Shown here: positions 39,101-51,100 of the stretch, one piece after another
How the letters are laid out: each line of letters begins with the position of its first letter
Numbering within the stretch: position 1 is the first letter of the stretch
Source: Chiloscyllium plagiosum
Taxonomy: Eukaryota
Reading direction: 5' to 3'
DNA length: 64,000 nucleotides
Assembly: GCF_004010195.1 (NCBI RefSeq)
Contig: NC_057719.1
Location: 27,075,623-27,139,622 of the forward strand
Position numbers and translations under genes: made by a program
Notes under the pieces: generated by a model
Seen by the model: only the letters and a program-made list of their open reading frames with translations
Database searches by the model: none
Told to the model about the DNA's origin: nothing

Positions 39101-39856
39101 GTGGTGGAGGATTGTTTTTCAGACTGGAGGCCTGTGACCATTGGAATGCCACAAGGATCGGTGCAGGGCCCTCTACTTTTTGTCATTTACATAAATAGTT
39201 TGGATGCGAGCATAAGAGGTACAGTTAGTAAGTTTGCAGATGACACCAAAATTGGAGGTGTAGTGGACAGCGAAGAGGGTTACCTCAGATTACAACAGGA
39301 TCTGGACCAGATGGGCCAATGGGCTGAGAAGTGGCAGATGGAGTTTAATTCAGATAAATGCGAGGNNNNNNNNNNNNNNNNNNNNNNNNNNNNNNNNNNN
39401 NNNNNNNNNNNNNNNNNNNNNNNNNNNNNNNNNNNNNNNNNNNNNNNNNNNNNNNNNNNNNNNNNNNNNNNNNNNNNNNNNNNNNNNNNNNNNNNNNNNN
39501 NNNNNNNNNNNAAATTATGAGGGGCATGGATAGGATAAATAGACAAAGTCTTTTCCCTGGGTTCGGGGAGTCCAGAAATAGAGGGCATAGGTTTAGGGTG
39601 AGAGGGGAAAGATATAAAAGAGACCTAAGGGACAACTTTTTCACACAGAGGGTGGTACGTGTATGGAATGAGCTGCCAGAGGCTGTGGTGGAGGCTGGTA
39701 CAATTGCAACATTTAAGAGGGTATTTGAATAGGAAGGGTTTGGAGGGACATGGGCCAGGTACTGGCAGGTGGACCTAGATTGGGTTGGGATATCTAGTCG
39801 GCATGGACGGATTGGACCGAAGGGTCTGTTTCCATGCTGTACATCTCTATGACTGT
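36105..39856 (+). mobile_element. Near full-length, inactivated CR1 (HER1-type) LINE: 5' UTR, ORF1, ORF2, tail
   Basis: ORF1 from ATG 36351 (CTSC...IC zinc-finger-like; GDSVV, HIETND, DGLHLN SGNH-esterase motifs). ORF2 from ~37397 (YFNAR, IIAITETW, YRPP endonuclease; PQGS, FADDTK RT). Stops, frameshifts, an internal deletion near 37892 and an N-gap; 5' boundary approximate. Confidence 0.93.
39366..39511. other. Assembly gap (146 N)
   Basis: Run of N. Confidence 1.
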
Positions 39857-40175
39857 AAGTGTTTCTCTCTTCCATCCTCACTTGTGTTGTATCATTACAT
39901 ATTGTTTGACCAAGAGGGTGATCCATGTGGTCAGCTTCAATGTTTACTATTGCAACACCATTGTTTATTTCTTTTTATTTTTTTCATATAGGATGTGGAT
40001 GTTGCTGGCAGGTCCAATGTTTGTTGCCCATTCTTGATTGCCCTTGAGAATGTGGTGGTGAAGCCACCTTGTTGAACCACTGCAGATATATGATCTGTAG
40101 GCACAGGCACTTTGAAATAGGGAAGAGTGGGTGAGTGTGGGATGCAGTGCAAAAACAGTAGACACCGACACCATA

Positions 40176-40500
40176 GGTGGTATGGTGGCTCAGTAGTTAG
40201 CACTGCTGCCTCACAGCACCAGAGTCCCAGGTTTGATTCCAGAATTGGGTGACACTCTGTGTGGATTTTGCACAATCTTCCCGCGGGTTTCTACTGGGTT
40301 TCTCCAGTTTCCTTCCACAGTCCAAAGATGTGCAGGTTAGGTGGATTGGCCATGTTAAATTGCTGTAGTGTCCAAGGATGTGTAGGCTAGATGGACTAGC
40401 CTCGGTAAATGCAGGGTTATGGGTCTGGGTGGGAGGCTCTTCCAAGGATTGGTGTGGACTCAGGCCAAATGGCCTCTTTGCACTGTAAGGATTCGATAAT
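40176..40500 (+). mobile_element. HE1-type V-SINE
   Basis: ggtggtatggtggctcagtagttagcactgctgcc...cactgtaaggattc. Confidence 0.88.
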
Positions 40501-40754
40501 ATCATTGTGAGTACCTTGATAGGGAACCTGAAGGTAATGGTGTTCCCATGTTTCTAGTGACCTTGTCCTTCCCGATGGTAAAGTCGTGAGATTGGAAGGC
40601 ACTGTTAACAGAGGTGTGGTGAGTGCTATAGTGCGTCTTGTATGTAGTACACACTGCTGCCACGGTGTTTTAATGGTGGAGAAGGTGAACTTTTACAATG
40701 GTGAATGGGTTCTCAAACAAACAGGCTGATTTGTCCAGATTGATGTTGAGCTTA

Positions 40755-40938
40755 GATTCATGGATTCATAGAATCCCTACAGTGTAGTGCTAATCGGTCT
40801 CCGCCAACCCTCCGAAGAGGATCCCAACCCAACCTACCCCGTTATCCCACATTTCTCATGGAGTCATCTGAGCGTGGAATTGAACTCAGGTCCCTGGTGC
40901 TGTGTGGCAGCAGTGCTAACCACTGTGCCACTGTGCCA
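40755..40938 (-). mobile_element. Internally deleted HE1-type SINE
   Basis: Tail (catagaatccctacagtgt) joined to head (gcagcagtgctaaccactgtgccac) with the central domain missing. Confidence 0.75.
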
Positions 40939-41637
40939 ATCTTCTTGAATATTGTTGGAGCTGCATTTATTCAGGCAACAAGAGAGCATTCCAGCATACT
41001 CCTGATTTGGACATCATAGACAAATTTCAGGAAGACAGGAGATAATTTGCCAGCTTTTAATCTACTCTTATAGCCACAGTATTTATACAGCTGGGAAAAT
41101 TTAGTTTCTCGTAAATAATAACCACTCCCAGGATTGTTAGTGGAGAGTTTACAGATGGTAATGGTATTGAACGTCATGAGACAATGGATTCTGTCTTGTT
41201 GAAGATGGTTATTACCAGGTAATGGTTTTGCCGGATGTTATTTGCCAGTTATCAGCCCAAACCTGAATTTTGTGCAGACATTGTTGCACATGCATCACTG
41301 ATTCAATATTGGAGAAGGTACAAATGGTAATTAGCATTGTAGCAATCATCAACACACCTAGTTGAAACCTACTAGTAATAGTATCATATAGCTACCTGGT
41401 CGTGTGGCTGTGCTAATTGGCAAGGCATGGCAAGACAAAGATGCCGTGAGTATACAGGTAGGCGGCTAAATGAATGAGGATTATTAGAGCTAATGAGCAG
41501 TGCAAGGATGTAGCCTGGTCCAAGGCAAGAGCTTGGACCCTGTCAATGCTCACAAAGTGTTCTTGTAGCAACCTTTCAATGCCAGTTGCCTGCAATGCAA
41601 GTCTGTGCTTCCTACAAGTAGATTGGAGACTTGTGAT

Positions 41638-41929
41638 TGGATTAGATTCCCTACAGTGTGGAAACAGGCCCTTTACCCCAACAAGTCCACACTGACCTTC
41701 CAAAGAGTAACCCACCCAGACCCATTTCCCTATATTTACCCCTGACTAATTCACCTAACACTATGAGCAATTTAGCATGATGAATTTACCTGACCTGCAC
41801 AGCTTTTGGAATGTGGGAGAAAACCCGAGCACTGGAAGAAGCCCATGCAGACACGCCCGAGAACAGAATCGAACATGGATCCTGGCGCTGTGAGGCAGCA
41901 GTGCTAACCACTGAGCCATCGTGCCGCCC
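41638..41929 (-). mobile_element. HE1-type V-SINE
   Basis: gattccctacagtgtggaaacaggccc...gcagcagtgctaaccactgagccatcgtgccgccc. Confidence 0.9.
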
Positions 41930-43234
41930 AAGGGTTGTGAGGTGTTTGCAAATTTCAGATGCCACGAGGAGTGTATGCGGCTGGTGCTAATGGATCATAC
42001 CCAGAGCTGTTGATGTATGGTGAGCAGCATGGAGGCACTTTGCAGCCAATGCCTAGGTACCCGCTCTGACTTCCATGTTGAGGTATCCTGATGTCTAGTT
42101 TATTTCCTGCATTTGCTAAGATAGGAAGCTGAATATTAATGAGCCGAGTTGTACCATTAAGGCATTTATCAAGCTATGATCCCCTTAATTAGAAGCTCTC
42201 CGTTGCCTGGTGAGAAACTCACTTTGCCTCTCAGCAAATACATAAAAGATGCATAAAGCAGCGAATTGGTCCTGACATCCAGATAGGCCTCACTGGACTT
42301 CTCGTGTGATCCTGCCAGAAGTCTTGTCATCACCTTCACTATTCAGGCCCCTATAAAATAGATTAATGATTGGGATTATTATTGGACTGAAAATTATTCA
42401 AAAGTTCTATAAAACATTGCATCACTTCTGGCTCAGAGAATCCCAGTGCAAACGACAAGGTTTCAGGGATCAAAGCATTTGGCTTAAAGAGGCAAGTTAA
42501 ATGTTTGTGATGGCTGCTGCAATGTAAACAAGAAAGTTAATCCCAAATATCAGCTTCCTGGCATTTACCTATGAGGCTTCTATTTATGAAGTTATTCTGT
42601 TATGCTTTTCAGTTATTGTTCTTTAATGCAATCTCCTCTGAATCCAGCAAGTATCATCTGATTTTAATTACCCTTTTGTATGTATTTGACTGTGAATACG
42701 TACTCTCTGACTGAATTATAATCTGCATAACACTGTACTGGTAGCACACTGCAAACAGATTCAAAGCAACTATTGTACTTCTCTGCATCAATTACACTTT
42801 AAACTTCGTGGAGATCATTAATCTTTGTAAAATAAATGTTTGTCTGCAAACTGAAATTTCTGCAGACTCATAATAGATAAAAAATGCAAACCAAAACAAA
42901 TCAATCTGAATCTCAGCAGGTTTATGGCTGTCATCAACTGTTTGCTTTCCAACTAAAAACTACTTTTTATTTAAATTCTTCCACAGAAAATGCATATGCA
43001 AGAGTTAACAATATAACAAAAAAAGGACGAGGCAACAGTTCTTGTTACCTACTTTGTAATGTTGATGGCATTGGTATTTACAGGATACATATTTTGTGTT
43101 GTAGTTTTAATATAGCCATTGAAATACTTACTTAAAAAAATGATCTTGATTCATAAAATAATCCTGAAACAATTTTTTAAGCAGTATTTACAATTTTTTT
43201 ACACAACGTAAATACCACCAAATCTAATGGGTAT

Positions 43235-45556
43235 TCACAAAAGGGTGGTTGGAGTCATGCCTGGCACATAGGAAGATGGTTGTGGCTGTTGGAGGTTAAT
43301 CATCTCAGTTCTAGGACATCTCTGCAGGAGTTCCTCAGGATAGTGTCCTAGGCCCAACCATCTCCAGCTGCTTCATCGATGACCTTCCCTTCATCATACA
43401 GTTGGAAGTGGGGATGTGCACAAAGTTCAGCACATTTGTGACTCCTCAGGTACTCCTCAGCAGTCTATTTTAAAATGTAACATGATCCAGGCTGCAGCTG
43501 GCAAGTGGCAAGTAACATTCACACCACATAGCTTTAATAAGAGACAATCTAACCACCGTTCCTTGACATTCAATGATGTTACCATCACTGAATCCCCCCA
43601 CTATCAACATCCTGGTAGTTACCATTGACCAGAAACTCAACTGAGTCAGTGAATGAAATACCATGTCCATGTCCCACTCAGTATTACTGAGTCAATGAAT
43701 TAAATACTGTGTCCCTGTTCAACTCAGTATTACTGAGTCAGTGGCAACAAGAACAGGTCAGAGGCTGGGAATACTGCAGTGAGTAACTCACTTCCTGACT
43801 CTCCAGAGCCTGTGCACAATTGACAAGAGTGTGATGAAATAATTCCCACTTGCCTGGATGAATGTAGCCCCAACAACACTCAAATAACTTGATACCATCC
43901 AGGGCTCACAAACTTGATTGAGTTTTTTGAAGAAGTAACAAAGAGGATTGATGAGGGTAGAGCAGTAGATGTGATCTATATGGACTTCAGTAAGGCGTTC
44001 GACAAGGTTCCCCATGGGAGACTGATTAGCAAGGTTAGATCTCATGGAATACAGGGAGAACTAGCCATTTGGATACAGAACTGGCTCAAAGGTAGAAGAC
44101 AGAGGGTGGTGGTGGAGGGTTGTTTTTCAGACTGGAGGTCTGTGACCAGTGGAGTGCCACAAGGATCGATGCTGGGTCCTCTTCCTTTTGTCATTTACAT
44201 AAATGATTTGGATGCGAGCATAAGAGGTACACCAAAATTGGAGGTGTAGTGAACAGCGAAGAGGGCTACATCAGATTACAACAGGATCTTGACCAGATGG
44301 GCCAATGGGCTGAGAAGTGGCAGATGGAGTTTAATTTTGATAAATGCCAGGTGCTGCATTTTGGGAAAGCAAATCTTAGCAGGACTTATACACTTAATGG
44401 TAAGGTCCTAGCGAGTGTTGCTGAACAAAGAGACCTTAGAGTGCAGGTTCATAGCTCCTTGAAAGTGGAGTCGCAGGTAGATAGGATAGTGAAGAAGGCA
44501 TTTGGTATGCTTTCCTTTATAGGTCAGAGTACTGAGTACAGGAGTTAGAAGGTCATGTTGCGGCTATACGGGACATTGGTTAGGCCACTGTTGGAATATT
44601 GCGTACAATTCTGGTCTCCTTCCTATCGGAAAGATGTTGTGAAACTTGAAAGGGTTCAGAAAAGAGTTACAAGGATGTTGCCATGGTTGGAGGATCTGAG
44701 CTACAGGGAGAGGCTGAACAGGCTGGGAACTGTTTTCCCTGGAGCGTCGGAGGCTGAGAGGTGACCTTATAGAGGTTTACAAAATTATGAGGGGCATAGA
44801 TAGGATAAATAGATAAAGTCTTTTCCCTGGGTTCGGGGAGTCCAGAACTAGAGGGCATAGATTTAGGGTGAGAGGGGAAAGATATAAAAGAGACCTAAGA
44901 GGCAACTTTTTCACGCAGAGGGTGGTACGTGTATGGAATGAGCTGCCAGAGGATGTGGTGGAGGCAGGTACAATTGCAACATTTAAGAGGCATTTGGATG
45001 GGTATATGAATAGGAATAGTTTGGCGGGATATGGGTTGGGTGCTGGCAGGTGGGACTAGATTGGGTTGGGATATCTGATCGGCATGGACGGGTTGGACCG
45101 AAGGGTCTATTTCTATGCTGTACATCTTTGTGACTCTATGACAGCCTGCTTGATTGGCACCACATTCCCTCCCTCCACCACCGATCTTCAGTAGCAGCAG
45201 TGTGTACTATCTACTAAATGTACAGCAGAAATTCATCAAAGATCCTCCAACAGTACCTTGCAAACCCAAGACCATCCAGAAGGACAAGGGCAGCAGATAC
45301 ATGGGAACACCACTACATGCAAGTTCCCCTCATCATCTTGGAAATATATTGCCATTCCATTACTGTCAGTGGGTGATAATCCCGGAATTCCCTCCCAAAG
45401 GGCATTGTGGGTCAAATTACAGCATGTGGACTTCAGCGGTTCAAGAATGTAGCTCACCACCACCTTCTCAAGGGCAACTAGCGATTATAGGGCAACTGGG
45501 GTGGTAAATACTGGCCAGCCAGCAACACCCATGACCCAGGAAGGAACTTAAAAAAT
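43235..45556 (+). mobile_element. Second (CR1/L2-group) LINE family 3' part, split by a HER1-type insertion
   Basis: GVPQDSVLGPTISSCFIDDLP RT motif at ~43327 and KWQVTFTP; resumes at 45143 and ends with a tail shared with the second SINE family. Confidence 0.75.
43905..45141 (+). mobile_element. 5'-truncated CR1 (HER1-type) LINE
   Basis: DFSKAFDKVPHGRL...PQGSMLGP...LVRPLLEYCVQFWSP...WNELP followed by the HER1 tail. Confidence 0.95.
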
Positions 45557-45779
45557 CCACATTTCTGGGGTGTATTGAAATCAGTAGATAATCTTAAATT
45601 TGCAATATGGGAAAAGACATTTCTTTCTGGATGTATTTAATGCACAGAGATATTCCAATGAGTTATATGTCATTGTTTCTCACATTAATTCTACTGGAAA
45701 ACTTAAGGCAGAAATTAGATTTGACATCAGCTGGTAAGGAAAGGAAAGTTTCAATACAATACAAAATTTGTATAAATTA

Positions 45780-48700
45780 ATTACATAAGTAGAGATGGCT
45801 GGACAGGTGATGTGCGTTAGCTCTATGATGTGGGGGCTGGCTGATCCCATTGTGAATGGCAGTGACCACATTTGCAGCCAGTGTTGGTTGCTGCAAGAAC
45901 TCTGGATCAGAGTTGATGATCTGGAATCTGAGCTTCAAACACTGCGGCACATCCGGGAGGGGGAGAGTTACCTGGACACTTTGTTTCAGGAGGCAGTCAC
46001 ACCCGGTAGATTAAGTAATTCAAATTCAGTTAGTGATCAGGAACAACAGGGTGTGACTGTAGGTGAGGTGGGTAGGGAGATTCTGAGTTCAGGAGTGCAG
46101 CACCTTGTCCAACAGATATGAGATTTTTGTTCCCTGTATGGATGAGGGAAAGGGCTGTGGACAGGATGAGCCAGCTGACCACAGCACCATGGGGCAGTAG
46201 GTCATTCAAGAGGGGGGAGCAAAAAGACCAATAGTTGTTATAGGGGATTCTATAATTAGGGGGACAGATAGTATCCTTTGTGAGCTGGATTGGGAGTCCC
46301 GCATGGTATGTTGCCTGCCCAGTGCAGGACACCTCCGACTGGCTTGAAAGGAAATTGGAGTGGGAGGGAGAGTATCCAGTTGTTGTGGTCCATGTTGGCA
46401 CAAACAACATAGGCAAGGCGAGGAAGGAGGACCTGTTTGGGGAGTATCAAGCACCAGGAAGGAAATTGAAGAACAGGGCCTCGAGGGTCATAATCTCTGG
46501 ATTACTGCCCAAGACGCGTGCTAATTGGCACAGGGATAAGAAAATTAGGGAAGTAAACACATGGCTAAGAGATTGGTGTGGGAACGAGGGATTCCACTTC
46601 ATGGGGCATTGGCATCAGTTTTGGAACCGGGGGGATCTGTACCGGTGGGACGGTCTCCACCTGAACTGATCTGGATCCAGTGTTCTGGTGAAAAGGATAA
46701 ATAGGGTGGTCACTGGGACTTTAAACTTGTGAGTTGGGGGGAAGGGAAAAGGAAAGTAACAGGGAATATGGAGTTAAGTAAAAGGATAAATGAGTGCAGG
46801 GTTTAAGTTCGAAGCAGGCTAGGAATGAAGCAAAAAGGAAGGATAACTTAGGACATACTACTACAGGTGATGGAATTATCATTAAGGTGCTTTACCTGAA
46901 TGCTCGTAGTACTCATAACAAAGTAGATGAATTAACGGCACAAATCATCGTGATTATGATGTGGTAGGCATCACAGTGACATGGTTCAGGACTGGTAGTT
47001 AAACATCCAAGGATTTACAACTTATCGAAAAGACCTGGAGGTGGGCAGAAGGGGCGGGGTTGCCTTGTTAGTTGAGAATGAAATTAAATTTATGGCAGTG
47101 AATGACATAGGGTCAGATGTTGTGGAGTCTGTGTGGGTGAACTTGAGGAACCACAAAGGCGAAAAATCCATAATGGGAGTTATGTGCAAACTTCCCAGCA
47201 GTGGTCAGGACCAGGGGTGCAAGATGTGCCAGGAAATAGATAGGGCATGTCAGAAAGGCAAGTTCACGGTGATCATGGGGAACTTCAATATGCAGGTGAA
47301 TAATGAGTGAATAATGTTGCCAGTGGATCCAAAGAAACGGAATTCATGGAATGTTTACAGGATGGCTTTTTGGAACAGCTTCTGATGGAGCCCACAAGGG
47401 AACAGGCTATTCTGGTCTTGGTGCTATGTAATGGGTCAGACTTTAGAAAAGATCTTAAAGTAAGGGAACACTTAGGAGGCAGCGATCATAATATGGTAAC
47501 AGTTCAGCCTGTAGTTTGAAAGAGAGAAGGCAAAATTGGATGTAATGGTGTTACAGTTACATAATGGTAATTATAAGGGCATGAGAGAGGAGCTGATGAG
47601 AATCAACTGGAAGCAGAGCCTAGTGTGGAAGACAGTACAACAACAATGGTAGGAGACACAGTAAAGAGGTTCATCCCAAAGAAAAGAAACATTCTTCGGA
47701 AGGGAATTAGACAGCCATGGCTGACAAAGGAAGTCAGGAAATGTATCAAAGAAAACGAGAGAGCCTATAAGTGGCCGAGAGTTACTGAGAAATCAGAAGA
47801 TTGGGAAGACTACAAAAACAAACAAATTAACAAAGAGAGAAATAAGGAAGGAGAGGATCAAATATGAAGGTAAGCTAGCCAGTAATATTAGAAATGATAG
47901 TAAAAGTTTCTTTCAATACATAAGAAACAAACAAGAGGCAAAAGTAGAAATTGGGCTGCTCCAAATTGATGCAGGAAGGTTAGTGATGGAAGATAAGGGA
48001 ATAGCTGAAGAACTTAATAAATACTTTGTGTCAGTCTTCACAGTGGAAGACGTGTAATATCCCAACAATTAAGGAGAGTCAAGGGGCAGGGTTCAGTATG
48101 GTAGCCAATACAAAACAGGAAGTGCTAGAAAAGCTGAAAAGTCTAAAAATTGAAGAATCTCCTGGCCCTGATGGGCTACATCCTAGAGTTCTGAGGGAGG
48201 TAGCTGAAGAAATAACGGAGCCGTTGGTTGTAATCTTTCAAAAATCACTGGAGTCAGGGAAAGTCACAGATGATTGGAAAATTGCCATTGTAACCCCCTT
48301 GTTCAAGAAAAGATCAAGACAAAAGATGGAAAATTATCGGCCGATTAGCCTAACCTCGGTTGTAGGTAAAATTCTAGAATCCATCGTTAAGGAAGTGCAG
48401 AGTCAGATTAGAACAAGTCAGCATGGATTTATAAGGGGAGGTCGTATCTGACAAACCTTTCAGAATTCTTTGAAGAGGTAACAAGTAGGTTAAACCAGGG
48501 AAACCTAGACTTCCAAAAGGCCTTTGATAAGGTGCCTCACATAAGGCTGCTGAGTAAGGTGAGGGCCCATGGTGTTCGAGGTGAGCTACTGGCATGGATT
48601 GAGAACTGGCTGTCTGACAGAGGCAGAGAGTTGGGATAAAAGGATCTTTTTTGGAATGGCAGCTAGTGACAAGTGGTGTCCTGGACGGTTCAGTGTTAGG

Positions 48701-48864
48701 GCCGCAACGGATAGGCAGGTCGTTCTGAGGAGGTGGGCAGGCTGAGAATGATTTAGACAGTTTAGGAGAGTGGTCCAGGAAATGGCTGATGAAATTCAGT
48801 GTGAGCAAATGTGAGGTCTTGCACTTTGGAAAAAAGAATATAGGGACAGACTATTTTCTAAATG
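45780..48864 (+). mobile_element. CR1 LINE of another family with ORF1 (zinc finger + SGNH esterase) and ORF2; 3' end missing
   Basis: MAGQVMC...HICSQC...coiled coil; IGDSII, HVGTNN, DGLHLN; then YLNARS, GGVALLV, SPGPDGLHPRVL, ENYRPISLTS. Cut off by the PLE at 48865. Confidence 0.9.
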
Positions 48865-48961
48865 GGGTAAAAACTACGACCGCAGATGCTGGAAACCAGA
48901 TTCTGGATTAATGGTGCTGGAAGAGCACAGCAGTTCAGGCAGCATCCAAGGAGCAGCGAAA

Positions 48962-48993
48962 TCGACATTTCAGGCAAAAGCCCCTCATCAGGA
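48962..48993 (-). ncRNA. Minimal hammerhead ribozyme motif, family A, intact core
   Basis: TC-CTGATGA-G-GGGC-TTTT-GCCT-GAAA-T-GTC-GA. Confidence 0.72.
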
Positions 48994-49238
48994 ATAAAGG
49001 CAGGTGAGCCTGAAGTGTGGAGAGATAAGCTAGAGGAGGGTGGGGGTTGGGAGAAAGTAGCATAGAGTACAATAGGTGAGTGGGGGAGGGGATGAAGGTG
49101 ATAGGTCAGGGAGGAGAGGGTGGAGTGGATAGGTGGAAAAGGAGATAGGCAGGTAGGACAAGTCCGGACAAGTCATGGGGACAGTGCTGAGCTGGAAATT
49201 TAGAACTAGGGTGAGGTGGGGGAAGGGAAAATGAGGAA

Positions 49239-50020
49239 NNNNNNNNNNNNNNNNNNNNNNNNNNNNNNNNNNNNNNNNNNNNNNNNNNNNNNNNNNNNNN
49301 NNNNNNNNNNNNNNNNNNNNNNNNNNNNNNNNNNNNNNNNNNNNNNNNNNNNNNNNNNNNNNNNNNNNNNNNNNNNNNNNNNNNNNNNNNNNNNNNNNNN
49401 NNNNNNNNNNNNNNNNNNNNNNNNNNNNNNNNNNNNNNNNNNNNNNNNNNNNNNNNNNNNNNNNNNNNNNNNNNNNNNNNNNNNNNNNNNNNNNNNNNNN
49501 NNNNNNNNNNNNNNNNNNNNNNNNNNNNNNNNNNNNNNNNNNNNNNNNNNNNNNNNNNNNNNNNNNNNNNNNNNNNNNNNNNNNNNNNNNNNNNNNNNNN
49601 NNNNNNNNNNNNNNNNNNNNNNNNNNNNNNNNNNNNNNNNNNNNNNNNNNNNNNNNNNNNNNNNNNNNNNNNNNNNNNNNNNNNNNNNNNNNNNNNNNNN
49701 NNNNNNNNNNNNNNNNNNNNNNNNNNNNNNNNNNNNNNNNNNNNNNNNNNNNNNNNNNNNNNNNNNNNNNNNNNNNNNNNNNNNNNNNNNNNNNNNNNNN
49801 NNNNNNNNNNNNNNNNNNNNNNNNNNNNNNNNNNNNNNNNNNNNNNNNNNNNNNNNNNNNNNNNNNNNNNNNNNNNNNNNNNNNNNNNNNNNNNNNNNNN
49901 NNNNNNNNNNNNNNNNNNNNNNNNNNNNNNNNNNNNNNNNNNNNNNNNNNNNNNNNNNNNNNNNNNNNNNNNNNNNNNNNNNNNNNNNNNNNNNNNNNNN
50001 NNNNNNNNNNNNNNNNNNNN
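49239..50020. other. Assembly gap (782 N)
   Basis: Run of N. Confidence 1.
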
Positions 50021-50489
50021 ACGAATGAGTGTGTTGGTGGAAGGGTACTGTTGGGGACGTCTGGAGAGGAAAAAAACGGAGGGTTTGGAGGCCCTGGTCA
50101 TGGCGGATGGAGGTGTAAGGGATTGGATATCCATGGTGAAGATGAGGTGTTGGGGGCTAGGGAAACGGAAGTCTTGGAGGAGGTGGATGGCGTGGGTGGT
50201 GTCTCGAACGTATGTGGGGAGTTCCAGGACTAAGGGGGATAGGACAGTGTCGAGGTAGGTAGAGATGAGTTCAGTGGGGCAGGAGCATGCTGAGACAATG
50301 GGTCGGCCAGGGTGGTCAGGCTTGTGGATCTTGGGAAGGAGGTAGAACCGGGCAGTGCGGGGTTCCCGGACTATGAGGTTGGAAGCTGTGGGTGGGAGAT
50401 CTCCTGAGGTGATGAGGTTGTGTATGGTCTGGGAGATGATGATTTGGTGATTTGGGGTGGGGTCATGGTCGAGGGGGCAGTAGGAGAGT

Positions 50490-51100
50490 CTCTGTTGTAA
50501 TATCAAAAACGTAGCAGTCAATTAGTATGCAACAAACTCTCACAAACATGTAATGTGACAAAGATCAGAGGGGGGCAGCTTAATTCAGTTGGGTAGATGG
50601 ATAGCATGTGTTAGAATAACTCTGACGATGTGGGTTTGTTTCTCATTTGGCTGAAGTAGACTTGGAACCTGCTGGCTCGTCCCACACCTGAGAGTTGAGG
50701 CAATGGCAAACCACCAATGACAAAACGCTGCCCAGAAAGTAACTCACTGTGAAGCATCAGCAGATACTGAGCCAAGCACCTGCTTTTTGGGCTGACCACA
50801 CAGACATTACAATGATCAGATTATCTATTTTTGTGTTCTTGATTGAAGAATAATACGTTGACTATGTTTTCAGGGAGAACTCCTGTTCTTCTTTGAAATA
50901 GAAAATAGGAGTGTCATGGAATCTTTTATATTCATTCAGCAAGGCCTTTGGTTCAACTTCTTGCCCCCAAAAATAAACTCTTCTCAGTACTGCATGGAAG
51001 AATCAGCTTTGATCTTCTGTATTCAAGTCCTACAATGGAACTGGAAGCGAGGACGCAGTGACTCAGATAAGAGTACTACTGACTTGAGACAGAGCTGACA
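50490..51100 (-). mobile_element. Old SINE resembling SacSINE1/DeuSINE, with a nested tRNA-headed SINE-like insert at 50570-50808
   Basis: ctgttgtaat...gcagtcaatt...ctcacaaaca...gatcaga / ttatctatttttgtg...ctcctgttcttctttgaaatag...catggaatctttta...ctcagtactgca resembles the Deu-domain SINE as I recall it. The nested insert is flanked by acaaagatcaga (50558-50569) and acaatgatcaga (50809-50820). Confidence 0.55.

Larger units (their letters stand above)
39975..41350 (-). mobile_element. Second LINE family fragment interrupted by HE1 SINEs
   Basis: Reverse-complement homology to 43440-43900 and 45143-45556; interrupted at 40176-40500 and 40755-40938. Confidence 0.7.
48865..50484 (-). mobile_element. 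Penelope-like element (RT region to 3' pLTR) spanning an N-gap
   Basis: Minus-strand RFYLLPKIHKPDHPGRPIVS...YVRDT...TMDIQSL PLE-RT motifs; 3' region nearly identical to 2570-2989. Confidence 0.9.

Noticed and set aside
36105..39856. Possible active, autonomous LINE
   Set aside because: In-frame stops in ORF1, frameshifts and an internal deletion in ORF2.
43635..43742. Short palindromic repeats with spacers, superficially CRISPR-like
   Set aside because: Only 2-3 units, the spacers are related to each other, the context is a vertebrate intron/LINE, and there are no cas genes.
49106..50521. 471-aa ORF and other long ORFs containing X runs (also around 39280-39926)
   Set aside because: Their length is an artefact of N-gaps; the flanks are frameshifted PLE or CR1 sequence.
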